This document shows, one piece after another, positions 13,458 to 25,700 of a stretch of DNA of 64,000 nt. The stretch's first letter is position 1. Each line of letters begins with the position of its first letter. Both the position numbers and the translations under genes were made by a program. Origin of the DNA: Eledone cirrhosa (lineage: Eukaryota); contig OZ024740.1 in the NCBI GenBank assembly GCA_964016885.1, positions 362,266,001-362,330,000 on the forward strand. Reading direction: 5' to 3'. Under the pieces are notes generated by a model. It did no database searches. It was not told the DNA's origin and saw only the letters and a list, made by a program, of their open reading frames with translations.

Positions 13458-13850
13458 TACATTGGAAATATTCAAGCTTATGATGTTATATATATATATA
13501 TATAAATTATATATAAATATATAGTTGTTAGATGTGTAATGTGGTAGAGGTCCAAGATATATATACATATAATCGCACATATCTTCTTCTTCATTCACAT
13601 ATTCCTGGGAGGTTTGTGGGGGCAGAATCCTCAAGCATGGCTTCCGGCAGATTCTGACAGAAGCAAACAACTCCAGTTGATCTGGCTAGATCCCCAAGTA
13701 AAACAAGGCAAGTTCATGGATGTTATCCAACCATCTTGTGTGGGGTCTGCCCCTTGGTCTCCTGCCAGTTGGTTTTGCCCATCTTCACGGGTCTGAGAAA
13801 AGTACCAAATGGGTGACTGGCGTGAATAATATATTGCTCGTATACAGGAA

Positions 13851-13960
13851 ACTGACTGGCCAGTCTGCTGATATGCAAATTTGGCTGATCAGTGGATTTG
13901 CTAATATGCAGATCTGACTGATCAGCCAGTCGGCTAATATGCAAATCAGGCCAATCAGTT
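13851..13960 (+). repeat. About 30-bp tandem repeat carrying octamer-like ATGCAAAT motifs
   Basis: Three units end in ATATGCA(A/G)AT. Confidence 0.7.
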
Positions 13961-14013
13961 ACTGTATATTTTAGAAAATAGCATATATTTTCACTAGCTC
14001 TGACAGTTGGCAG

Positions 14014-14079
14014 GTGAACAGTGAGCTATACTGATGAAGGGTGATTCCCAGAAACATTAGTGTCTACAGTTCTGTTTAC
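14014..14079 (+). ncRNA. Type I hammerhead ribozyme motif
   Basis: GAGCTATA-CTGATGA-A-GGG/TGATT/CCC-A-GAAA-CATTAGTG-TC-TACAGTTC. Stem I extends through GTGAACA/TGTTTAC, stem III ACATTAGTGT is near-palindromic, GUC site. Confidence 0.8.
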
Positions 14080-14258
14080 ATGCCAACACATGAGCAAGAA
14101 TGAGGGGCTCATTCTACTGACATGGCTTTAAAAATGAGGCTTGTCTGCATAATAGCAAATGAATTGAATGTTAATATTAATATTCGGAAAACTCATATTA
14201 CATTTATATATATATATAATATAGCTGAAAAAGGGGTAAAGTTCCATAGAAAACAAAG

Positions 14259-14709
14259 ATTATAGTTAAAATGTGAAGGTGAAAGTACACAGAAATATAT
14301 TTAAAGATAATTTTTTTAAAATCTGACAGCATGAATAATTTTATAATTGTTGCATTAAATATAACCAGTTTTCATTGGTATAACAAATATTCGATGCTAA
14401 ATATTGAATATTTTTTTTTATGTTTTTTCATGTGTTGTGTGAGTATTTTGAATATATGTGGGTTTTCTGTCAAAATTTCTTCTTTGACAGAAAACTCACA
14501 TATATTCGAACTGCTCACAGAATACATTAAAAAAACATTTTTTTAAATATTCAATACTTAATATTTAATATTTGATAAGATTTTTATACCAATCAAAACT
14601 GGTTATATTTAATGCAACAATTATAAAATTATACATTCTGTCAGATTAAAGAAAAAATTTTCTTTAAATATACTTCTGTGTACTTTCACCTGCACATTTT
14701 AACTATAAT
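14259..14709. repeat. About 450-bp imperfect palindrome (fold-back element)
   Basis: Arms align from ATTATAGTTAAAATGTG to CACATTTTAACTATAAT around a centre near 14478. Confidence 0.85.
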
Positions 14710-15365
14710 ATCATCACCATCATCACTGTTTTACGTCCATTCTTCCATGCTAACATGGGTTAGATGAGTTGTTCTGTTGTGGGTAATACTAGGTCAAGTG
14801 ACCATGTCTTGTTCATACAGAACTGATACTGGCTTGATTTCTACAGCTGGATGCGCTTCCTAACGGCAACCTCATTTACATTGAGTATTGGGTGCCTTTT
14901 GTTGTGACGTCTGGGTGCCTTTTGTTGTGAGCACTTTATAGTGTGGACTGGGTGCTTTTTTGTCATGACACCTACACGGCCATTTTACAATGAGGAATGG
15001 GGGCTTTTTGTCGTGACACCTATATGACCACTTTACAGTGTGGGGTGGGCGCTTTTTGCCATGTCACCATCATGACCACTTTACAGTGTGGACTGGGGAC
15101 TTCACTGAATGCATACTTCAGCCAGTCCTCATGGGGGATGTGTGGGAGGGTGGGGTGGGCATATTGTATATATTCTTCAGCTTCAACCTTTGCCTGTGGG
15201 AAGTTGGGTCTTCTGTATTACTGAGTAACGCCAGAGATCTCGGTCCTGTGTCATCTAATTTGAGAGGTGCAATTGGGCAAGGTCGGCTTTTCTCAAATCA
15301 TCCCAAGGCCTATTGGGTCTCCCCACTCAAAGGCTTCCATCGACTTTGAGTGCTCTGCACCCTTT
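14710..15365 (-). mobile_element. RTE LINE 3' end fragment
   Basis: Homologous to about 31850-32333, truncated at (TA)n. Confidence 0.8.
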
Positions 15366-16424
15366 TATATATATATATATATTAATGAGGTAGAGGTTCA
15401 ATATATATAAATATAAATGTTAGTGGTGCAAAAATGCTGAAATTCTTTTCAGTGTACTGCACTTTTATCAAATATTTTTTAATGAAAAATTATTTTTTGT
15501 GGTAGTGGTGGTATTGTCTTATTATATTGGGATGGTAAATGGTGTGGGATGTGGTACATGAGTTTATCTTAGGTGGTGTTGTCCAGTGGTATTTTGACAG
15601 CTAATAACAAATTCATAATTTCTCACAGTTTATATCATAGATATAGCTAGTCATATACTATTATATACTGATAGCAAAATTCTGAGGGTGCATAAATTAG
15701 GGGTTAGAGTGTTTAGCTCACAATCACATGGTCATGAGATTGTTTCCTGGAGGCACATTGTATCCTTGCAAAACACTATGTTTCCATGTTGATACAGCTC
15801 TCAGCTGCAAAAAATTTAGTTGTATTCAGAGAGCCAAGTCAGACATAGTGTCACACTAAATTTCCCTGAGAATTCCAGGAAGTAGGCACACATCTGTGCA
15901 ATGCTCAGCCATTTGCATGTTAATTTCATGAGCATTCTGTACCATTCATCAAACAATTGGAACTCTTTTTGTCAGAACTGATGGAAGTCCAACATATGGG
16001 AGTAAATTCCTGATTCATGCAGTGATTTTTGCTCTTGAGGAAAATACTTTATTTCACTTTGTTCCTTCTGTCAAGTGTTGTGACCAGAAGGTAGGTTTAG
16101 GGAGCCTGTAAGATGCACCCTGTACCCATTATTCAAATGGCAAACTGTGGCATACTGAATCTCCCCATGAATTACATTAAGGGTACACTCAGACATATAC
16201 ATGTTAATTTTACAAGCAGGCTGCTCCACTGATTGCACAGCTAAAACACTCATTGTTAAAACTGATATCAGTCCATTCCAATTCCAATGTATGCACAAAT
16301 TTTATGAATCCAATTATACCTTTAATCAATTCTTGATTAATACAGGTTATTCTAAATATTCATTTAGAATAACCTGTATTAATATTCATTTTTATTTTTA
16401 ATCTAGGAGACAGCATCAATCCCA

Positions 16425-16639
16425 ATGGCACAAACTGGAATTGAATATTTTATTGTAGGATTATATTTCTGTGTATTTGGTTCTGCATCATCCCAGGAAA
16501 GTATTTGTTCAAGCATGCAGTTCCGGCGTTTAGGAAGTCAACTTCAGAATGAACATCAGTGCATGATTCTAGAGAAACTGCAGACTGATGTAATTGACGG
16601 GCAAGCTAGAAATGAAAAGCACTTTGCTCAGCTCATCCA
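16425..16639 (+). CDS. Fibrinogen-related-domain (angiopoietin/ficolin-like) secreted protein, coding exon 1
   Basis: Acceptor TTTTTAATCTAG at 16406, ATG 16425, hydrophobic signal-like YFIVGLYFCVFGSASS, donor GTAAGT at 16640 (phase 2). Confidence 0.8.
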
Positions 16640-17519
16640 GTAAGTTTAATTAAATCTCTTTTGATATCAAAACACTTGAAACTGGTGCTACATTACAAAG
16701 CTGTTTATTTTTAAATGTTTATATTTATCTACAAACCTCCCATGATAATTTTATCTAACCAGCTTTGTTAAGCTACGCTCCAAACACCATTTTAATAATG
16801 AGTAAATTAGCTATATTATTAAATCTCTCTAAATTTTTTTTATATTTCCAAAGTTAACTAAAAATCATATGTAGTGTCTTTTATTAGATATATGGTAATG
16901 AAAGGGTTAACGTGCTTATATTTATCATAAAACCTTCCATCATAATAATATGTAGGAACCTTTGTTAAGTTATGCTCCAAACACCAGCTTATTAATGAAA
17001 GAGTTTATCACTAAATTAGTCTGGATTCTTGAATATATTTTGAAATATTTGAAAATTCTAGACAGTGGCTTTTATGAAAGGGTTAATGTTTAAATATCAA
17101 GATTTGAAAATTTAAACACTCTCTAATTATTCAACTCCATACCCTTCTCTCCTTTATTTGGTTCAAATACTTCAGTCCTCACATTAAAACTTAACCATTT
17201 CATAGACATATTTTTAATGAAAAACACTAACTAAAATTTTCAAATAATTTTGAAAATAATCAAGTATTTGTAGAGATTTAGTAAAATAACTGACTTTCTC
17301 TTTATCAAGTTGTTGTTTGGAAAATAACTTACCAAAGATTCTTATACTAAATCATGATTGAATTTTTTAAATAAATAGAAACTCTTGAAAGAAAACTGTT
17401 TTGTATAATTGAATCAGGGATGATTTCAAGCTGGTTGATATCAAAATTGTTAAAACATTAAATGCCATTTTACTTTATTATTATCAGTTTTTATATTTTA
17501 TCATTTGTTTCCTCTTCAG

Positions 17520-17632
17520 CCAGATGTTAGTTTTAGAATCACGTATAAAGAAATACAATGTTCATGGCCGGGGAAGAACATCATCATATTCAAATAATTT
17601 TCCAGCTTTAAAAGGAATTCCCATTGTCAGAG
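17520..17632 (+). CDS. Fibrinogen-related protein, coding exon 2
   Basis: Pyrimidine tract plus CAG acceptor and GTAAAG donor. Phases 2 and 1 join exons 1 and 3 in frame (QMLVLESRIK...PIVR/DC). Confidence 0.8.
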
Positions 17633-17817
17633 GTAAAGTTTATGTGTCAATATATATAAATGAATAAATGTATATACATATGTACATAAATATATATATA
17701 TATATCATCATCATCATCAGCATTTTACATACATTCTTCCATGCTAGCATGGGTTAGACGAATTGTCCTGTTGTGGGCTATTCCAGGTCAGGTGACTGTC
17801 TCTTGCTCATCTAGAAC

Positions 17818-17866
<49 letters not shown>

Positions 17867-18260
17867 GGTATAGAGGTGCAATATAATTGCAATCTTAGGC
17901 GGTATGCCAGGTGAGCACTCGCAGAGCAGAGTATTAATAGTATAAGAATAAAGGAACAAGGACAACTTAAAAGTACCATATGCTACAAATCTAATGTTTA
18001 ACTAGTATTTTTAATACTATGAAGGATGAAAGATCTTATACTAAAATAAGTGGACATTTTTATGCAGACAATTGGAAAGGATTTCTGATTTTTTGTTAAG
18101 GATTATATCTTTAGAGTTAATACTATGGAGAGTTTCAATAAGGCACAAATTGCATCTGCATTCCCTGGCCAATATGATGAGGCTCTATCAGTTTTACCCA
18201 GTCAAAAGAATATATATATATGTGTGTATGTGTGTGTGTGTGTATATAAACATGCACATG

Positions 18261-18331
<71 letters not shown>

Positions 18332-18347
18332 ATAAACATGCACATGT

Positions 18348-19983
18348 ATCATCATCATCATCATCATCAGGTTTAGCGTCCGTGTTCCACGCTTGCATGG
18401 GTTTGGACCGGGGTTTTCCCACTTGAGGCAAGAGTGGTTGTCTTGCTCGCATAGGACTGTCTGGCGGGTTTTCTACAGTTGGATGCCCTTCCTAACACCA
18501 ACCACATTTACAGTGTGGGGCTGGGAGGTTTTTACCGTGTTGCCTACACGGCCACATTACAGCGTGGACTGTCTGGCGGGTTTTCTACAGCTGGATGCCC
18601 TTCCTAACACCAACCACATTTACAGTGTGGGGCTGGGAGGTTTTTACCGTGTTGCCTACACGGCCACATTTACAGCGTGGACTGTGTGTTTTTTTGTCGT
18701 GACACCTACACGATCTCATTTGTTTCGGCCTGGATGTTGTGGGACCAACATAACTGTACATTGAAAGGGGCGGTGTGGATGGGGTGGAGGTGGTGGGACG
18801 GGGGGGTGTTTTGATAGAGATGCCTACTGACTGTAGTAGGTTTTTACTTTGTATTTAGGTAAGGCGGGTCTTCTCTATTACTGAGTACCGCCAAAGGTCT
18901 CGGTCCAGTGACATTGTCTTGGAGAGGTGTAAGCGTGTGAGGTCGGAATTTATCAGCTCGTCCCATGTTTTTCTGGGTCTGCCCACTCCGTGGCTACCGT
19001 CTATCTTTATTGCCTTGCACTTTGTTATACAGCTGTCGTCTTTCATGCGCATCACGTGACCGTACCAACGTAGCCTTCTCTCGAGTAAACAACATCTGAT
19101 CCCTCTTATTTCTAATCTTTTCCTTAGTTCGTTTATGCTTTGCCGTTCACGTATATTACTATTGCACATCCAGCGGAGCATGCAAGCTTCGTTCCTCTCT
19201 AGTCTGCGTATATCCTCTGCACACAATGCCCAGGTCTCGCTGCCATGCAGCATTGCTGTTCGTATGCAGGCATCGTATAACCTGCCTTTCATTTTTAGGG
19301 AGAACCCTCTAGTGGCTAATAGTGGTATAAGCTCTCTGAACTTTTTCCATCCAGTTCTGACTCTAGCTACTGTACTTTCAGAGCACCCTCCCCCGCTGCT
19401 GATTTTGTCACCCAGGTAACGGAAGCTGTCCACTATTTCTATAGAACCCTCTGCGCAGTTGAAGGAGCTAGTATTTTGTGGGCACTTGCTGCTACTTATT
19501 GCACCAGAGCACCGGCCACATGTAAAATCTATGTTCTTAGTTAGCTTACCTGTGCTCCCACTACATCTTTTATGCACCCATACTTTGCATTTGGGACATA
19601 AAATGGAGTTTCTACCTACGCCTTTCCTACACACTGAGCATGGCCATTTCCCAGATGGGACTGCCGCCATATTTTCTTTCCTACAAACTAGAACTTTTGT
19701 CTTAGCCAGGTTAATTTTAAGGCCTTTTGATTCTAGGCCGTGCTTCCATGTTTGGAATTTCTTCTCTAGTTCGGTCATTGATTCAGCTATGAGCGTTAGA
19801 TCATCTGCGTATAGGAGTTCCCATGGGCAGCCGGTCTTGAACTCCTCTGTTATAGCCTGAAGGGCAATAATAAATAGTAGGGGGCTAAGAACAGAGCCCT
19901 GATGGACACCAACTTTTACGCTAAACTCTTCACTATATTCGTTGTTAATTCTAACCTTACTGACTGTTTCTTTATACATGGCT

Positions 19984-19985
<2 letters not shown>
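18348..19985 (-). mobile_element. 5'-truncated RTE LINE subfamily A
   Basis: GVHQGSVLSP, YADD, FRYLG and GRP motifs in one open frame. About 112-bp tandem duplication in the 3' UTR and a long flanking direct repeat. Confidence 0.97.
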
Positions 19986-20055
<70 letters not shown>

Positions 20056-20079
20056 AACATGCACATGTATATATATATA

Positions 20080-20482
20080 TATAAGTAAACAAGAACATTA
20101 TTGCTCCAACCAGTGTATGTATTCAACGTCGATAACTACTCTAAATATACATACACTTATATTATGCATATATACTATATAGATATATAGAACAAACACA
20201 TGTAATCATCGAGTGCCCTAAGTGTAAACAATATACGTGGAAAACAAAGCCAACAATAAACAAAGCATCTTGTGACAAGGCCTTCGGATTCTAAACTTGT
20301 AGAAATTACATTCGTAAAAACCGAGCCAATCATGAAAAAAAGATCTACATTAGATCTAAGACTACATGTGTTCTATATATCTATATAGTATATATGCATA
20401 ATATAAGTGTATGTATATTTAGAGTTGTTATCGACGTTCAATACATACACTGGTTGGAGCAATAATGTTCTTGTTTACTTAT
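20080..20482. mobile_element. Inverted-repeat element (about 125-bp arms) in (TA)n, possible Penelope-like remnant
   Basis: 20080-20205 is the reverse complement of 20360-20482. The spacer translates IECPKCKQY..KTK. Confidence 0.7.
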
Positions 20483-20856
20483 ATATATATACATAATCCC
20501 TACCTTAGACATCATCCATATATCCCTACCCTTGATCCGCCCTAAAATGAATATGAGGGAGACAGATGTTTTCAAGCTGCAGTCATCTAATTATGCAGTT
20601 TCTGTATTAGAATATACATTAAATATCCATTATTACCTGCAGTGATTACAACCCTATTATGTAGTAAGCCTTGCTCCACTCTCTTCTGTATACCCTTAAC
20701 CTAAAACCTCAAGCAATTCCCCCAAGATGATGTGATATCACGCATCGGGAAACCCAGGTTTCAAATAAATATAATATATATATACTAGAATGTAATTAAA
20801 TCAAGAAAATAGTAAGCAATTAAAGAAAAAAGAACAAAACGACCATATATATATAT

Positions 20857-21190
20857 GGAGGCACATGGCTTAGTGATTAGAGCATTGGCCTTGCAATCGA
20901 AAGGTTGTGAGTTCAATTCTCAGACTGGGTGATGTGGCAAGGCACTTTATTTCACATTGCTCCAGTTTACTCAGCTGTAGAAATGAGATGATAGGGACTG
21001 GGGTCCCTATCATTCCACTGCAAAGTGGTTGTGGAGGTGCCACGGCAAAAAAGCACCCAGCACTCACTGTAAATGAGGTTGGTGTTAGGAAGGGCATCCA
21101 GCTGTAAAAATCAAGCCTGAATCAGTTCCCGTCCCACCCTTGCAAGCAGGGAAAAAGCGGACGTAAAATGAAATGATGATGATGATGATA
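20857..21190 (+). mobile_element. Near full-length tRNA/CORE SINE with RTE tail
   Basis: A box TGGCTTAGTGATTAG, B box GAGTTCAATTC, CORE-like block, LINE-shared tail and (GAT)n. Confidence 0.9.
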
Positions 21191-21262
21191 TATATATATA
21201 ATATGATGATGATGATTATGATGATGGTATTCATTTTATTAAAGCTAAATAGTGAGTCTTGT

Positions 21263-21300
21263 TACTCTAGTGTTTCGCCTGTTTATCACAGGGTCATCAG
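21263..21300 (-). ncRNA. Hammerhead core lacking stem I, inside a small inverted repeat (21228-21359)
   Basis: CTGATGA-C-CCTGT/GATAA/ACAGG-C-GAAA-CACTAGAG-TA. A degenerate 3' half recurs on the + strand at 21305-21330. Confidence 0.6.
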
Positions 21301-22004
21301 ATGAACAGGGGAAACTCCTGAGAAACAAAACTCACTATTTAGCTTTAATAAAATGAATATTAAAACACTGTTTCTGTATCAAGTACTTCTTTCTCTCAGC
21401 CATCAACCAAATATGGATATATATATATATGTGTGTGTGTATGCATATATGTTAGTGCCCAATCTGCTGTAGACAGACAATGAATGATGATGATATATAT
21501 ATATAGATATATCAGCATCTTGATCATCATCCTCATTTAACGTTCATTTTCCATGCTAGCATGGGTTAAATAGGATATCCTGTTGTGAGACAAGCCATGT
21601 CTGACAACCATGACTTGCTCCAAACACTCCATCCTCTACTCTAATTCCTCCATTCTTGCTGCCTGTGTAGTTGAAGCCATAGATTTGAGATTCAGGCTCA
21701 ATACATAACTATTTTCTAGTTTATGCTTTTTGTTAACTCTAAATATCCTGTAATAATTTAGCGGAAAATACCTAAAAATAGGTTTGTTATTTCAAGTGTT
21801 TATAGTTTCTTTATTTGTATACCGATAATTATGAGAATTTACAATAAAGAATTTAATGTTTAATTTGATGCAGTCATATTTTTGTTTTGTACTTTTCAAA
21901 ATATCTTACTAATATGGTTTCATGTGATACAGGATATTAATAGTTAATGAATTGTCATATTACAAATAACAATTTGATTAAAATGTCTTTTTTTTTCATT
22001 CTAG

Positions 22005-22750
22005 ATTGTTATGAACTATATCGTAATGGTATTCGACTTTCTGGCGTTTACCCAATTAAAATATCAAAAGGCAGCACTCAGAATGTTTGGTGTGATTTGG
22101 AATCAGAAGATAGTGGATGGACTGTCATTCAAAAAAGACTGGATGGTTCAGAAAACTTTACACGGAAATGGAACGATTATGCATTTGGTTTTGGTAATGT
22201 CAATGGTGAATATTATTTTGGCAATGAAAATATTCATAAAATGACTAAAAGCACCAATTATTCATTACAAATAGAGCTTACTGATTGGGAAAATAACACT
22301 GCTTATGCACAGTATACATATTTTTATGTTGATAGTGAGGAAGCTGAGTACAAGTTACATATCAGTGGCTATAATGGGACAGCTGGTGATGCTTTGAATA
22401 AATATCATAATGGCATGTCATTCAGTACAATAGACAGAGACAATGATGATTGGACACAGCATTGTGCTTTGAAAGACCGATCAGGCTGGTGGTTCCGATC
22501 TTGTGGCTTTAGTTCACTGAATGGATTATATACTAAAGGTGGTAAAATTGATGCAATGCCAAATGGGTTAATTAGAGGAGTTATTTGGTATCAATGGAAA
22601 AAAGATTTTGGCTATTCTCTGAAGACATCAACTATGAAAATAAAACCTTATGCTGGAGTGCTACTGGATGAAGAAATAGCAAAGTCAAAAGAAGACAAGA
22701 TAAAGAAGGAAAAAGATCCAAATGAAGGACTAGGGATGTTGACAGGCTGA
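22005..22750 (+). CDS. Fibrinogen-related protein, coding exon 3 (complete FReD domain)
   Basis: DCYEL, VWCDL, GWTVIQKR, FG..NGEYYFGN, FSTIDRDND, GWWFRSC, SLNGLY and MKIKP motifs. Acceptor CTAG at 22004, stop at 22750, AATAAA near 22780 and 22795. Confidence 0.95.
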
Positions 22751-25700
22751 AGAAAAATTAAAATAGCACAACATTTTAGAATAAATATCATATAATAAAA
22801 TTCATTAAAGTTTCTACTTTGGTATAATCAACATCTTTGCATAAGATTATACCAATGGCATATTGCAGATTGTGGAAAAACGAGGTAAATGCTTAATGTT
22901 CTGCACCACATGAAACTACATCAACAAGACAATGTTAACAAATGCGAAACAGTACTATGACTACATCTCATTGACAATTAAAGTTTTTATTCTAATACTA
23001 CAAATTTTCATAGTAAAAATGCTATAAACATTTGAATTAACAAACCACATGAAACCACATTAACAAGATATTCTTGAAAAGTATAAGGCAGCACTATAAC
23101 TGCATCATATTAAAAATTAATGTCTGTACTCTAGTACTACAACTTTTAACACCAATTTGACCACATGTAAAGATACTGTAAACATTTAAATTAAGTCTTT
23201 TTTTAGGTATTAAGAGTTAAACTCATTCAAATAAAGTTTCTTTTCAATACGATAGACTTTATTTTAACGACAAATTATCTTTTGATAAAAAGAAAAATGA
23301 ATTTCTTTTACCAAAAAATAAAACTTAATTTTTTCTTTTAATAATATTTTTTTGTGTTTATTGATATTTTAAAAAGAAAAAGCCTTTGTATTGAAACACC
23401 AAACAGTTTTTTGTTAGAGAAGTTGATCACTAGAACCTCAGGTGATTACTGGTACTTATTGTATTTAATACCAACCTACCTGAAACTGCCTCTGATTCCA
23501 TGATATATAACTTTTTCTTTTTAAATATTTATTCAAATTTAAATCAGCTCTGAAAACTTTATAGAAAAATCTTCTCTTATGTCATGTTCTAAATTGCAGC
23601 TTCATAAAGAAGAAATTATGCACAAAGGGTCCTGCATGCCAGAGAGCATTCCCTCCTACTATCTGTTCACAAATTATATGGGTAGCAATATTTGAGTATG
23701 CTTTCACCTATCTTTCAATCTTTTATCTAGTTAGTAGTGTAAAATACATTAAAGACACATACCACCTTCTAATTGTACATGGAAGTTCAATTTGTAAAGT
23801 TAGCATTTTTTCTATTTTTTAATAGCTAAAATCAACAAAACATATTTACTAACTTTCTCATAAGGAATTAATTATATTAATAAACTCTTCTAGATTCTTG
23901 ATTATTTAAAAAATTAATTAAAAGATATGGACAGTGTATTTTGGTAGAAAATGGCCACAAAATAGTTAAAGCAAACAATACATTTTATAAAAGAAGTTGA
24001 CAATGTTGGTCTGCTGGACTTTTACCCATTTGATACCAAACCACTGTAACTGCTCCTGGTTCTAAGATACGTAACTGCTTGTTTTACTAAATACCTCAAA
24101 ATTATTAAGTGTTGTAAAATGAAGTGGGTAATGAAGTGGGTAATATAATACTGGTACATATGGACCTATGAGAAAGCCTTTATATAATTGCTCAGTCTCC
24201 TAGAAATAGCAGCTAATTTTTCTTCAAATCATACCCTGCTAGCTTAAAGAAGAAAAATATTTGACAAGTTAGTTATTGATATAGAAAAGACCAAAGAATG
24301 GTCATAGCAGGATTGACTTTGTTCATAGATCTACTTGATTAGTACTGATCTGGCACTAAATAACAGCAAGAACAACAAAAGAAAAAAACAGAGGTTTTAG
24401 AAATGCTCAATTTGAACTATGTGATACTATACAATTTTCTAGGTGTCTCCTGACTTCTCACACACCACTTAAATCTGAATATCAACAACCCTTAAATTGC
24501 TTGTAAGAAATAGTTTTCTTGTATAAGCTGTATAAACTGATAACATTTCAGTACATGAAATGATGTTATACAATCACCAGCTTGGGAGAGATGGAATGGA
24601 ATGGACTTTTGTTGGTTTTGACAATACATTTTCCAGTTGTTTGAACAATCGACCAACCTTTGCATGAAATTAACATTCAAGTGGCTGACAATTTCACCAA
24701 CATGTGTGCTCTTAACCTAAATTTCAGGAAGATCCAGCATGACACACTGAGTGACAAAGCAGGCCCTTTGAATCCCAAATATAGTGCATTTTCTCCAACT
24801 AAGTAGACTGGAACAGCATGAAATATAGTGTCTAGCACAAGGACACAATGTCAAACTCATGACCTTCTGAAAACCTTAACCACTAAGCCATATCTATTAA
24901 TAATTCTTTGGTTTTCTTAATATAACTCACACAAAAATATAAATATGATTTTGAATGTTGAATGGTTTGCTATATAAATTTTTGTCGTTTCCTAAAACGA
25001 TATTAACAAACATGTTTTTACTTCTTTTTTGTTAAACCGCACCCACCCCACCCCACCCCACCCCACCCTCTGCCCAAGTGCTGTAGGTAGCCCACTAGTA
25101 AACAATGTCAATACATTTGCTGATTACATTTGTCCAACCCATGCAAGCATGGAAAGTGGACATAAAAACGATGACAATGACGATTCAACTGGATTCTTTC
25201 ATTTTACACCCAATAAACTCTATGCTAAGCTCTCCAACTCTACTTCATTATCCTTATATTTCTGTGCTTCAAATTTATTATAAATGACAATTTCTTCAGT
25301 TGCTAAAACATAACAAAATAACAGAGCCTAAACATGTTTTTATGTTGTTGGCAATTTTCTGAAAAAATATACTCATGTGTTCACCACATTAAAAACTCTT
25401 TGCTATGGTTCCATATCAAGTGACATGTATGTTTGGACCTGTAACTCCTGATGGAATCATAGTGTCTTACAGTGTTTCTCGGGCATTTTAATCCTGGCAG
25501 AGCCTATCCCTTTCCAGGTCTGAATGTAGACATTTCTTTCCAGAGAATGAGAGTGAAAAAGAGATGTAGAAGAAGATTGACCCCGAAAGGATGAAAAGCA
25601 AAATTGATTCTGGCAGAATTTGAACTCAGAACGCAAGAACTGGAACAAATATCACAAAACATTCTATCTGACCTTCTTATAACTCTGCCAACTTTGCATA

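Noticed and set aside
20857-20930. tRNA gene
   Set aside because: A/B boxes run into CORE and LINE-tail sequence, so this is a SINE head.
21947-22004. ATG start of ORF 21947-22750
   Set aside because: Intronic read-through. A strong acceptor at 22004 joins upstream exons in frame.
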